NCBI RefSeq assembly: GCF_032062105.1
Contig: NW_026928365.1
Span: forward strand, 1-64,000
Direction: 5' to 3'
Origin: Saccostrea cucullata
Taxonomy: Eukaryota
DNA length: 64,000 bases
The translations under genes and the position numbers were made by a program. Every line of letters starts with the position of its first letter. Position 1 is the stretch's first letter. This document shows, one piece after another, positions 12,771-24,849 of this stretch. The notes beneath the pieces were generated by a model. That model worked only from the letters and a program-made list of their open reading frames with translations, searched no databases and was not told the DNA's origin.

Positions 12771-14462
12771 TTTTATAAATGATTTTCTTTCTCTCATATT
12801 ATTGAACGTCATTAAAGTATTAAAAAAAATGTTCTTTCAATGGAAATAGAGTGCACAGTCCACTATTTTTTTGGACAAATACATGTTTATAACCTCCATT
12901 TTTAAGGAAATATTTTTTTATCTTGCTCTTTATTTATAATTTATACAAAGTAATGAATTAAAGAAATAAAGTGGTAAAGACAGTATTTAAGGTTTAATTT
13001 AGGGTTTCATTCACCTAGGACTTAAAAGAACACTAGCACTCAAACTAATGAGAGTGGAAACGACAAGGTATCAAATTCCTGACGTCATTTTCAGTACTTT
13101 CGTTTTCATATTTGCAATTGCAGAGAAAGCACGCTTTATAGTACTTCTAGATATGTTCAAAGAGTCCCCATGAGCAAGTGGATAGAACCAATGGTCAAAA
13201 ACCGCAGACATAGTAAGAGGCTGTTGCGTCCTGTGGGTCTAGGAAGATCAGACAGAAATCCAAGAATATATATGATGGTTTGAGTCTTTCAAAAACTTCG
13301 TCTTCATTTAAATCTTACAAAGGATTGGAACGGTCTCGGAATAACCTCGGACACCTGTGTTGTGGTGACTTCTGGCTATCAAATCATATCGATGCAATTG
13401 TCCATAATGAGGAACTGTAGGTCAAGTATCAGCTTATGCTTCCATAGAAATTATTATATAAATATATGATTTGTTTACTTTCAATTATTATATTTAATGG
13501 TCAGTAGTAAATACTTAATAAAGGGTTTAATAAAGGTGTCGATGCATACAATATTTATATTAAATTATAATTCTTTGCAAACTTGATTTGTTACAGATCC
13601 TTTTACGTGAAGACCACTTGTGAATCTGTTTACCCCGACCAATTATCTGTCAGGAACACGAGGATTGCAGCAAAGACATATAAGATGATGATTCAACCAT
13701 CCACGCTATCATAAGGTACCCGAAAGTACTTTTTTATACTAGTTCGCCCTATGTAGTACATTGTAAAGATTACTAGTATGTGGAGAAGTGATCGTTCCAG
13801 ATTTACCCGCTCGTGGACAAAGAGGTGTCGAACAGTATCATGCATGTGATGAGTCAAAAATATTGGCACATAATAGAAGAGGACTGACTAATTTTTTAAT
13901 AAAACTACATTATTTCTATTTTGCCATATCTAGGTTTAGAAGCCTTTGAGGCATCACCAGCATTTTCAACATCGTTTGCGCTTTGGTCACATCTCAGTGT
14001 ATTGGTGGGGATGGGGGAGAGGAGGGGGGTTATAGGATCATTTGTGATTGACATTGTTTTTGTTTAATTTCGTGTTTAGCTCACTTTTTTAAATAATGAC
14101 AAATTGATTTATTGATTGATTAATGGGGCAGATGCATTTTTCACCGTGTTCATTTATGCATTAAAATACAACATGTATTGTTAAGAATAAAGTTATGTTG
14201 TAGTACAAAAGGTTTTGTCACAACCAGTCAAAGGTTTCTAAAGAAAGACAATAAATAGAAAAATACACAAACACAAACGTCATTTTAAATGAATAATTAA
14301 AAATGATAACTTCCAGGGACTAGTGAATCATTTTAAAAACGTAAAAATCACAGACTTTCTTCTGTTTATATCTAAAATTTATGATACAAATGTATAAATC
14401 CAATAAAAAAAATTAAACACAAACGTATCATTGCTGTCCTGTCATCCATAAAATATGATTAA

Positions 14463-15388
14463 GGTAGGTCACTCGTCAGCTTTTTGGAAAAGTTCACGCA
14501 GAGCCTCTTACTTCAAAACTATTTATCAAAATTCAATTTTTATAACATATTTAATTTCAACAATGTTAATATTTTAAAATTCAACAAAAAAACTGCTCAA
14601 AAAGCCACCAAGAAGCAAGATTTGTGAGGGACTATTTCTTGTGGTGGAAGGATATTTAGCAGATAATTCTGCAAATCTGCACATTTATTAAATTTAATAT
14701 CTTGACTTTTAGCCTCACATACTTTTACTCGGAGAATATTTTCAATTATTAAATTGCTAGGAATATTTAATATAGGTCTTAATCTATATTCTTAGAAGAA
14801 GTTTTACACCTTCCTTCAAATACCTTTGCCAAAAAATGAAGATATGTCAAATAAGTCAATATAAAATTAACACCATTTTTTGCCTGAAAATCACATATTT
14901 TGACCAATTTTTCAAAATTAACATCACTGACCCCAACTTTTTCTTTCATTATTTTAATGTACTTGATACTTGTAACTGATTAGCACTTAAGTCGTAAAAA
15001 GCTTGATATAAGAAAATGTTTTATTGCCTATATAGTTTTTTAATACCCCAAAATATGTTACTTTTTAGTGCAAAAGGTCACACAATAATTTACGCGCATT
15101 AATTTGCAAGATTTTTTCAATGATAATTATTATTCAAAATATTTTACGTAAAATAAGATAATAGTTTTTGCCATAGTTACATCTGATAAAATATAATAAA
15201 GGTTTAAGTAATTAACCAAAGAGTTAAAATTTAAGTGCAAAAAGGTCAACTTCATTATACGGTAGATCAGTAAGATGAACACTGACCCCCTATTTTCTCT
15301 ACGATTTTGAGTCACTCTGTATGAGTACTTATCCAAAATATACTTCTAAATAAATCCTTGATTTAAGAAATTTCACGAGTGACATACC
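14463..15388 (+). mobile_element. Non-autonomous Kolobok-like TIR element
   Basis: TTAA|GGTAGGTCACTCGT ... ACGAGTGACATACC|TTAA (13/14 TIR match, TTAA duplication, RR..YY termini). Second copy at 36400-37292. Confidence 0.85.
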
Positions 15389-15769
15389 TTAACAACTTGG
15401 GGGAAAAACACGGTTGGCGCATGCTTTATGTAAATGTTGATATTATTTAAATCCATGTCAAACAGATCCTTCGATAATATGCTATTAAGGTCCAGGAAAG
15501 TTCAGACTATAAAATGAGCATTTAAATTGATGTACTGTAGATAGATTTCTTTATTTAATATTGGCAATGTTCTTATATCATAGTAAAAATAAGAAAAGAA
15601 GTCTATTTTAAACAATATTTGTAAGAAAACTATTAAATGAAACAAAATTCGTTACATGCTTTCCTAGCAGGATTAATTTAAAAATGGTAACATGAACATA
15701 AAAGACAGTAATGCACCTAGAATCATCTCCAACATCCTAGCTTCCTTCTTCAAAAATGAATACTCTGAT

Positions 15770-16460
15770 TTAATGTTTCTTTTCCCTTATGTGTTTATAC
15801 AAGGAGCTGAAATATTTATAAACTTTTCCACAAGGACAAATGTGCTTTTTCTGCATATGTTGAGCCTGTCTATAGCGGAATAAATCTTGTTTATCGGAAA
15901 ATGTTGCAAGGCAATTTTTACATTTCAGCTCCACTTTCTTGCTACAAACTGTCTCGCGCTCCGCTTTCTTGTAACGATTCCCAAATTTCTTACCACACGA
16001 ACTACAGACATACGGCGTAACTTTTGTATGAACGTTCAAGTGATCTTGGTATCTTGAAAAACATGTACGTATAAACGTTTTACCACAGGACCCGAATGGA
16101 CATCGGTGTTTCACTGTGTCATTATTAATTTCATTGAGTTTTGCATGTTCGTTCATGTTGCCCTTGGTTTGGAATGTTTTGCCACAAGTTGTACACATAT
16201 GTCTTACATGTACGTCTTACAGAATGTTTGTCAGTGTTATGCTTTGTCGACTCCAACTCAGTACTGAAATACTGGGTACAGGTTGAACAAAATAGATGTG
16301 CTGTGTCACTGTGCGATTTCATATGTCTCTGTTAACTCCCCTTCGTCCTGTATTCTCTATTGCAGATGTCACATTTCAGTTTAGCTGTGTCCACCACCTC
16401 CTCAATTGATATATCCAAGAATGAACCGTCGGCGGGTTCTACAGGGTCTGACTATTCCAT
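15770..16460 (-). pseudogene. Multi-C2H2 zinc-finger pseudogene (~7 fingers)
   Basis: ME*SDPVEP...KLKCDICNREYRTKGS*QRHMKSH...CSTC...H...H, then a frameshift near 16200, then CTTCGKTF, CPFGSCGKTF..HLNVH, CSSCGKKF, CKNC, CPCGKVY..HIREKKH. Two in-frame stops and several lost His ligands. Confidence 0.85.
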
Positions 16461-16775
16461 ATCTAAAAATTTGTACAATAAAAGAATTTTACAAGTTTTT
16501 GATAATCATAAATGACCCCGCTATTGTAGCCCATGCTGATTTTATGAAGAAGAAAAGAGTCAAAATTACATCGTAGAGCAAGATGATTTTTAATAAATCT
16601 TTTAATTGCTATAAAACAAAAAAATGTTGCTTAGTGTTATTTACAAGAAATATTAGTCCTTGAAATTGTTATTTCAAGGCATTTACCATAGTCTAAATAA
16701 CGAAGTATTTCAAATCTTTAATGTTCCACGCTATACTTATCCACGTGATTCCAAAATAGATAAAGTTGGCCTACA

Positions 16776-17165
16776 TTTTTAGGTCACCTGAGTAAACTCA
16801 GGTGACCTATTGCTATCTGTTTTCGTCCGTCGTCGTGCGTTGTCCGTTAACATTTGAACATTTTCAGCTTCTTCTCTGCAACCACTCAACCAATTTCAAC
16901 CAAATTTGGTACAAAGCATCTATGGGTAAAGGGGAACAAAAATTGTGAATTTCATGGTCCCTGCCCCCCTGGGGCCTGGGGGTGGGGCAAAAACCACTAA
17001 AATTAATGCAATCTTTAAAAATCTTCTTCTTTACTCCTGGACATCAAGCAGGCAAAATGTTTACATGATTGTAATCAGCATTGAGTCCTCTACCAAAATT
17101 GTGAAATTCATGGCCCTGGGGTCAGGGGTTCTATTGCTAGGGCGGGGCTAAATAAGTATATAGTG

Positions 17166-17199
<34 letters not shown>

Positions 17200-18346
17200 G
17201 CTCCTGGGTATTAAATAAACGAACTAAGTGCATAGTTATGATGAGCAAGAGTGCCTCTACCAAAATTGTGAATTTTATGGCCCCAGGGTCGGGGGTTCTG
17301 GTGTTAAGGCGGGGCTCTATAGATTATATAGTGAAAATTCATGAATTCTTTGAAAATCTTCTTCTCTGCTCCTAGGTATTAAATAAACTAACTAAGTGCA
17401 TAGTTATGATGAGTAAGAGTACCTCTACCAAAATTGTGAATTTTATGGCCCCAGGGTCAGGGGTTCTGGTGTTAGGGTGGGGCTCTATAGATTATATAGT
17501 GAAAATACATGAATTCTTTGAAAATCTTCTCTGCTCCTGGGTATTAAATAAACTTACTAAGTACATAGTTATGATGTGAAAGAGTGCCTCTACCAAAATT
17601 GTGAATTTTATGGCCCCAGGGTCAGGGTTTGGGTGTTAGGGCATGAATTCTTTGAAAAAATTTCTTTTCTGCTCCTAGGAATTAAATAAACTAAGTACAT
17701 AGTTATGATGAGCAAGAATACCTCCCCCAAAATTTTGATTTTATGGCCCTAGGGTCAGGGGTTCTAGTGATAGGGTGGGGCTCTATTGATTATATAGTGA
17801 AAATACATTAAATCTTTGAAAATTTTCCTCTCTGCTCTTGGATATTAAGCAGATGAACTACCTATGTAGTTATGATGAGCAAGGACCCTAATCTTCCAGA
17901 ATTGTGAATTTCAAGGCCTCAGGTACAGGGGTACCATAGGGGGAGGAGGGGGGGGGTGTACTTATATACTCAAACTGGATGAATTGTTTGAGATCTGCTC
18001 CTTGGTATTAATCAAATATTTTTGAAAAGCAAGGGTGTCTTTTCAAAAATTATGCAATGTGTGGATCTAGGCCTAAGGGTCAGGGGTTCATGAGTGATAG
18101 GGGCATTACTGATTATTGCTCAATATTACTGATTACTTGAAATGCATTTTTTGTTCCCCCACCCTGCCTATGGGTATTAAGTAAACAAACTAAGCAACTG
18201 CTAAGTGTATTGTTATGATGATCAATGGTGCCTCTTTCAAAATTGAGAATGCCATAGCATCTGGCTTAAAACATGAATCAAATTAAATCACTGGAAAGTT
18301 GTTGCATAATGCTCAGGTGACCTATAAGGCCCATGGGCCTCTTGTT
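16776..18346 (+). mobile_element. Complete HINE/Helentron with ~167-bp tandem array
   Basis: TTTTTAGGTCACCTGAGTAAACTCAGGTGACCTA left module; right module CTCAGGTGACCTA + GGCCCATGGGCC + TCTTGTT. Repeat units degrade towards the 3' end. Confidence 0.92.
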
Positions 18347-19042
18347 GTGATGAGAACATCGAAAACTGAATGTAATTTAAAAAAGTCGTTACCGATTGCC
18401 ATTAGCTGTCGTCAGTGTTTGCCGAGAAATAATCCATCTGATGTACACGATAGCCAAAAAATGCTTACCCACCAAAATCAAACGCATGCAGCACGCTTCT
18501 TCAACAAGTAAGACTATTCACGTTTTGCACTTAGATCGCCAAGAGCTTATTTTCTAATATACAACAAGAAATGTGACCGTGAAGTAACAGTTTTTTTAAA
18601 TAAGCTCAGTTGGACCAAATTTTCTTGTACGATGGTTAATATTTAACTTTACTCTTTTCCTTTTCCATTTTAATAAGTAAATCATGGTTTTATATTCTAA
18701 GAAAAAAAGTTTATGGCATGACCAAATCGGGAAACCACAATACATCAGTAAATGGATGTTTTAAATTGCCACAAAAAAGTTAAAAATCACCTACTGTAAA
18801 TGCGATAAACAACTTTCGTGTCTGTTGTCCCAGTTGCATCTGCGGTACCAGTTGCCGATAACAGGGTGTGTGTTTGCTTTGTAAAGTCTATGACCCACTT
18901 TATTTTTCTGGAAATAACGTTTCTAAGCAAACCTGTTACCGTTATATTAATGAAAGAACAGTATTTCACGTTAGACTTCCCATCTTATCTGCATAGAGGA
19001 ATGGTCAAAAGAAACGTAAAGCCTTGTCGAAAGCCCATAGTG

Positions 19043-19638
19043 AAAACAAGATGTGTTTGTGAAACACTATGCGCCCGGCGGCAACAAAAATCGAAAAAGC
19101 TATTTTTAGCATTCAAGCTTAGATAACAGTCAAGGTCACAAGGTCATTGACCTTGGTGTCATTTGAAAGAACTTGATGAGTGGATTATGCACACCAAATA
19201 TGAAGTCTCTATCTGTTATGGTTCAAAAGTTATGGTGAAGGTACGAAAAAGCTATTTTTAGCATATAGGTCACAGTCAAGGTCACCAGGTCATTGACCTT
19301 TGTGTCATTTGAAAGAACTTTATTAGTGTAGTATGCATACTAAATATGAAATCTCTACCTTTCATGGTTCAAAAGCTATGGCGAAGGTTAAAGTTTGCAG
19401 ACAGAAAAGTTATTTTTAGCATATAGGTCACATTCAAGGTCACAAGGTCATTAATATTGGTGTTATTTGAAAGCACCTAATTAGTGAAGTATGCATACCA
19501 AATATGAAGTTTCTACCTTTCATGGTTCAAAAGTTATGGCGAAGGTTAAAGTTTGGAGACAAACAAACATACAGACAGACAGACAGACAGGACAAAAACA
19601 ATATACGCCTCGGATCTATCGATCCGGGCGCATAAAAA
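19043..19638 (-). mobile_element. Complete HINE/Helentron with ~3 internal repeats
   Basis: Subterminal IR TATGCGCCCGG / CCGGGCGCATA, palindrome GTGTTTGTGAAACAC, (CAGA)n microsatellite. Confidence 0.88.
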
Positions 19639-19974
19639 TGAAATCAGAGAATGGCAGTCTACAAAGGAAGGTTAAGACAATTCAAAGACGCGTTCAGACA
19701 CTGAATAAGCAGACCCTTCAATTCAAGGAAGCAAAAGCATGGATTGTATGGGAGTATCAGACATGTACGAAAACAACTATTGATGAGCAATCATGTAATT
19801 ATAGATGGAGTAAAAAAAGATAAGGAAACGTGTATGGACAAGTCGTTGGGAATCTTCTTGAAAAGAACAGATGTATTTCTAAGCTTAGTAAAGCAAACTT
19901 TCATATCCTCTTGACTCACGTACAATGTAGGTTATCTGTTGCATCGGTATTTCTTGCCTCCTTTTCTTATTCTT

Positions 19975-20710
19975 AAGAAAACACTTGCTGTGGCCTTCAA
20001 CTCGACCTTCAGATATATCGACGACGTATTGTCAATTAACAATGGTAATTTCCATTCATACGTCGATACGATATATCCAGGAGAGCTTGAGATAAAAGAT
20101 ACCACAGAGTCTGACACATCTGTTTCATACTTGGATATTTTACTTGAAAAAGACGTTAATGGTAACCTAACAACCAAGTTATATGATAAACGTGACGACT
20201 TTAACTTTTCTATCCTCAACTTCCCTTACTTATGCAGCAATATACCTTCATCATCTGCATACGGAGTGCATATATCTCAGTTGATTCGATACGCAAGAGC
20301 ATGCTCTACGTATGAACAATTTCTGAAACGAGGTAAATTATTGACAAACAGGTTGATGAAACAAGAATATCAGCAGTCTCGTTTAAAGTCATCATTTCGT
20401 AAGTTCTATGGTCGATACAATGACCTTGTCAGCAAATACAATTTATCATTGAATCAAATGCTGACTGACGTTTTTCATACCAATTGTTAGTCCATTATTT
20501 ATACACTGAATTGACGACGGTTTTTTCTCTTATTTCACGATCATGACAATGAGCACACGACGGGTGTGACCGGTCAGCAGGGGTTGCTCACTCCTCCATG
20601 GCACCTGATCCCACCTCTGATGTTTCGGAGGTCCGTGTTTGCTCTGCTTCTATTTTGTATTGTTTTATGAACTTTGATATTGAATACTGTTCGTTATCTC
20701 CATATCCTTC
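19975..20710 (+). mobile_element. 5'-truncated Penelope-like retroelement (RT C-terminus + 3' UTR), Naiad-like
   Basis: Open frame FRYIDDVLSIN...SYLDI...TKLYDKRDDFNF...SQLIRYARACS (PLE RT motif C onward and thumb) stops at 20490 with no C-terminal GIY-YIG, as expected for N-terminal-endonuclease PLEs. Confidence 0.85.
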
Positions 20711-20998
20711 TTCTTACTATGTTTCCGAACTCTTTCACTTATTTTCCTATTCCTTTTCTTTTGGACAGAGAATAAAAGAAAAGCTACTATAATAAATTCT
20801 ATTGCCTCTCCTTCCTTTTCATTCTCTCTCTGTTTATAGTTTTTTTGTATTTCTGCACTCGTTGTAGCCATACTGGTCTGAAAACTGTTCAAAAAATATA
20901 TTGAAACATACGTTACTTAAACATTAAGAATTGAAACATCAGAAATAGAATGAAAATTGAAAATATGTTTAAGCAGGTAAGTTTCTTTTTAAATCGAA

Positions 20999-22640
20999 TT
21001 TTATACCTCCACTCCGAAGGAGAAGGGGATGTGCTGTATTACCCTTGTGTGTCTGTCTGTCCGTCCGTCCGTGTCTGTCTTAACATATTTTCATTGCAGT
21101 TTTCTCAGCGACTCCTCATCGCAGATGCTTGAAATTTTAGCACATTCTTTGCTGAGGCATGCCATACTTGTATGGTGGGATTCATTTTTGTGCAAATCCA
21201 ATGTCAACTTACTGCTAATCTGTGTGTCTGTGTGTATCATGCATAAAAAATTTTCGTTGCAGTTTTCTCGGCAACTACTCATCGCAGATGCTTGATATTT
21301 TAGCACATTTTTTGCTGATGCATGCTCTATAGTAGGATTCATTTTTGTGCGAATCCAATTTCAACTTCCTGATTATCCATGCGTCTGTCCGTAACATGCA
21401 TATCAAATTTTCGGTGCAGTTTTCTCAGCAACTACTCATCGTAGATGCTTGAAATTTTAGCACATTTTTAGCTCTACTGGTCAGAGACCAGAAGAGCTTA
21501 TGCGATAGTAATGCGTCCGGCGTCCGTCTGTCCGTCTGTCTGTAAACAATTTTTCAAAACGCTACTCCTCCTATTTTAGTCTGATTTCAATATAACTTGG
21601 CACACAAGTAGACTACACTAAGATACATAAAATAGTGCATCGGTTTTTGATTTCGATGAAAGGTGTTGCCATGGTTACTAAAAATAGAATTTTCTGAGAA
21701 ATTCCTTTAAAACGCTACTCCTTCTACAGTTTTGGTCTGATTTCAATATAACTTGGCACACAAGTAGACTACACTAAGATACATAAAATAGTGCATCGGT
21801 TTTTGATTTCGATGAACGGTGATGCCATGGTTACTAAAAATAGAATTTTCTGAGAAATTCCTTTAAAACGCTAATCCTTCTACAGTTTTAGTCTCATTTC
21901 AATATCACTTGGCACACAAGTAGACTACACTAAGATGCATAAAATAGTGCATTGGTTTTTGATTTCGATGAACGATGTTGCCATGGTTACTAAAAATAGA
22001 ATTTTCTGTGAAATTCCTTTAAAACGCTACTCCTTCTACAGTTTTAGTCTCATTTCAATATCACTTGGCACACAAGTAGACTACACTAAGATGCATAAAA
22101 TAGTGCATCGGTTTTTGATTTCGGAGAGCGGTGTTGCAATGGTTACTAAAAATAGAATTTTCTGAGAAATTCCTTTAAAACGCTACCCCTTCTAAAGTTT
22201 TGGTCTGATTTCAATATTACTTGGCACACAAGTAGACTACACTAAGATACATAAAATAGTGCATCGGTTTTTGATTTCGATGAACGATGTTGCCAAGGTT
22301 ACTAAAAATAGAATTTTCTGTGAAATTCCTTTAAAACGCTACTCCTTCTACAGTTTTGGTCTGATTTTAATATAACTTATCACACAAGTAGACTACACTA
22401 AGATACATAATTCTGTGCATCGGTTTTTGATCAGAACAAACCAGTAGAGCTACAGTCTCGATAGAGACTTCTGGTTTGCTCAGGCATACCATATTTTGGG
22501 ATTCATTTTTGTGCAAATCCGATGTCAACTTCCTGTTCATCCGTACGTCTGTCCGTAACTGAACTTGTTTATACTAACATGATAGTATTCACATTAGAGC
22601 GGGGGTATTACTAGTGAGCATTGGCGAACAGACTTCTTGA
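20999..22640 (+). mobile_element. HINE (host element, ~170-bp units) interrupted by a second HINE
   Basis: Left TTTTATACCTCCACTCC + GTCT/GTCC microsatellite; right GAGCGGGGGTAT + decayed palindrome. The third repeat unit is split at a T-run. Confidence 0.85.
21466..22476 (+). mobile_element. Complete HINE with exact 156-bp periodic array, nested
   Basis: AGCTCTACTGGT / ACCAGTAGAGCT subterminal IRs and 3' palindrome AGTCTCGATAGAGACT. CACACAAG recurs at 21601, 21757, 21913, 22069, 22225 and 22381. Confidence 0.93.
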
Positions 22641-22904
22641 TTTTTTTATTAGTTAAAAATAGATGGAGAAAACTCTTACCAAAATTCAAGGTCGTAAATT
22701 AGGACACATCCCAAACTTACATGCTAATACACATACTAATAAATGAGAATTTTGTCAAAATATATCAACACCTACACATCTGATATGTATTCATTTCCAT
22801 TGAATCTTGCGAGTAGGGATTGAATACCTTAGAAAGTGCCATATATTAATTCTTGATATTTTTCCTATATAATTTATTTATAGCGAATATAACGAATGTT
22901 GTAA

Positions 22905-23522
22905 GATATCACAGAATCTGACACATCTGTTTCATATTTGGATATTTTACTTTAAAGACGTTAATATATATATCTAACAACAAAAGCTCTGTGATAAACG
23001 TGACGGCTATAACTTTTCAATCGTCAACTTCCCTTACTTATGCAGCAATATACCTTCATCACCTGCATACGGGGTTTATATCTCTCAGTTAATTTCAAAC
23101 GCAAGAGCATGCACTACGTACATGTATGTACAATTACTAAAAGGAGTTAGATTATTGACAAACAAGTTGCCGAAACAGGAATATCAGTATTCTCGTTTAA
23201 AGTCATCATTTTGCAAGTTCTACGGTCGATACAATGACCTTGTCAGCAAAAACAATTTATCATTGAGTCAAAAGTTGAATGACGTTTTTCATATACTAAT
23301 TATAAGGCAATTTTTTACTCATACTGAATTGACGACCGATTTTTCCGTTATTTCCCGATCATGACAAGGAGCACAAGACAGGTGTGAACGATCGGCAGGG
23401 GATTCTCACTCCTCCATGGCACTTGATCTTATCTCTGATGTTTCGGAAGTACGTGTTTGTTTTGCTCCTTATTTGTATATTTCATGGACTTTTGAGCTTG
23501 AATACTGTTCGCTTTCTCCATA
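22905..23522 (+). mobile_element. Second 5'-truncated, frameshifted Penelope-like copy
   Basis: Colinear with 20095-20705, including the 3' UTR motif. Confidence 0.9.
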
Positions 23523-23579
23523 CAATTGTACATGTAATTTTGGAAGATAAAATATAATTTAAAGATCTGTAGCATACTT

Positions 23580-23720
23580 TTAGAAATCTACTCCTCTTAC
23601 ATTTTGGTCTGAATTTAATATAACTTGGCATGTCACTAAAGGACACTGCGTTACATAATTGTCATAAAAGGTTTTTTTCTTTTATTTTGATGATGTTGCC
23701 TTGATTACTATAATATTTAA
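23580..23720 (+). repeat. Single decayed monomer of the 156-bp HINE repeat
   Basis: CTACTCCT..TTTTGGTCTGA..AATATAACTTGGCA...GATGTTGCC.TG.TTACTA. Confidence 0.6.
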
Positions 23721-24083
23721 AATTTCTATAAAAGGCTTTTACCCTTTTAATTTGATTGCAATAAATAATTGTTTTAAAAGAAACTTAACCAAGGATCACT
23801 TTTTTATGTTTGTTTGGTCTTTTGTTTTGTTTGGTTTTTCTTCTTTTTTTTTTTTTTGTTATAAGTACAAAGAAGTAGAGCAACAGTCTTGTTAAAGATT
23901 GTTGTGTTCTAGTTCTTCTATCCAGATCTTATCAAAGTTTACTTTATTTATATTCTTATCTGTTTTAATTATTTATTATCCACCCACCTATATAATATCA
24001 ACATTGTCAATACACTTGCATACAGTATTGTTAATTCAAGGTGTTTTTTTTTTCTTCTACAACTTTATTCTTAGGGTTTTTAA

Positions 24084-24849
24084 GGTAGGATTCTTCTCAC
24101 ATTTCTTGTATTTAAAAATTAATGAAATTTTCACAGAATCAAGAGGACAATATAACTTAGTGATGGTATCAGTGAGATTAAATTTGACCGCTTAATATTA
24201 GAGACAAGGTCAGGTCAAGGTCATTACTTTTTTCCTGGACATTAAGAATAAAAAATTACTGTTTCCAATCATGCGATTCCTACTTGTAATTCAAAAGATT
24301 GAATGTTTCTCTTTCTGCATAAAATGATACTACCATATAGGGCCTATAAGATGATATTACCAAATTGACATGGATAATTTAAATAAAATGGATATTTTTT
24401 ATCGTAAGAGAGAAATAAAACTTTTTACGGATTTTTGGCTCAAATCTGTACTTAGATTTTAAGTATTTAAAAGCCAACATAGTTCTAATATGTGTGAAAA
24501 ATCTTATTTATTTGATATATTTTGAAACTTTAGTTCCTTATTATTAATTTAACTTACATTTGAAAATTTCTAATAGTCTTTGATTGCGTAAAAATTATAA
24601 CTAAATTCAATGTTCTATAATAATTTTGAAAGGCAGAAAGGAAGATATTTTCATTCGCCACCATTCCGCCGAAAATATAGTCCTTGCTAGTTTTCAAAAG
24701 CAGTTTACCATTTCTATATATAGTTGTATAATTGTGATGAGGAAAGAAAAATATTGTCTTTTAAATCTCTTACATCTAAATATATAAGACATATCAACAA
24801 ATGTACTTTGAATATTCCATCTAGTCAGAAACCGGAGAAGAATCCTACC
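24084..24849 (+). mobile_element. Non-autonomous Kolobok-like TIR element
   Basis: TTAA|GGTAGGATTCTTCTC ... GAGAAGAATCCTACC|TTAA, a perfect 15-bp TIR. Older inverted copy at 42888-43630. Confidence 0.9.
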
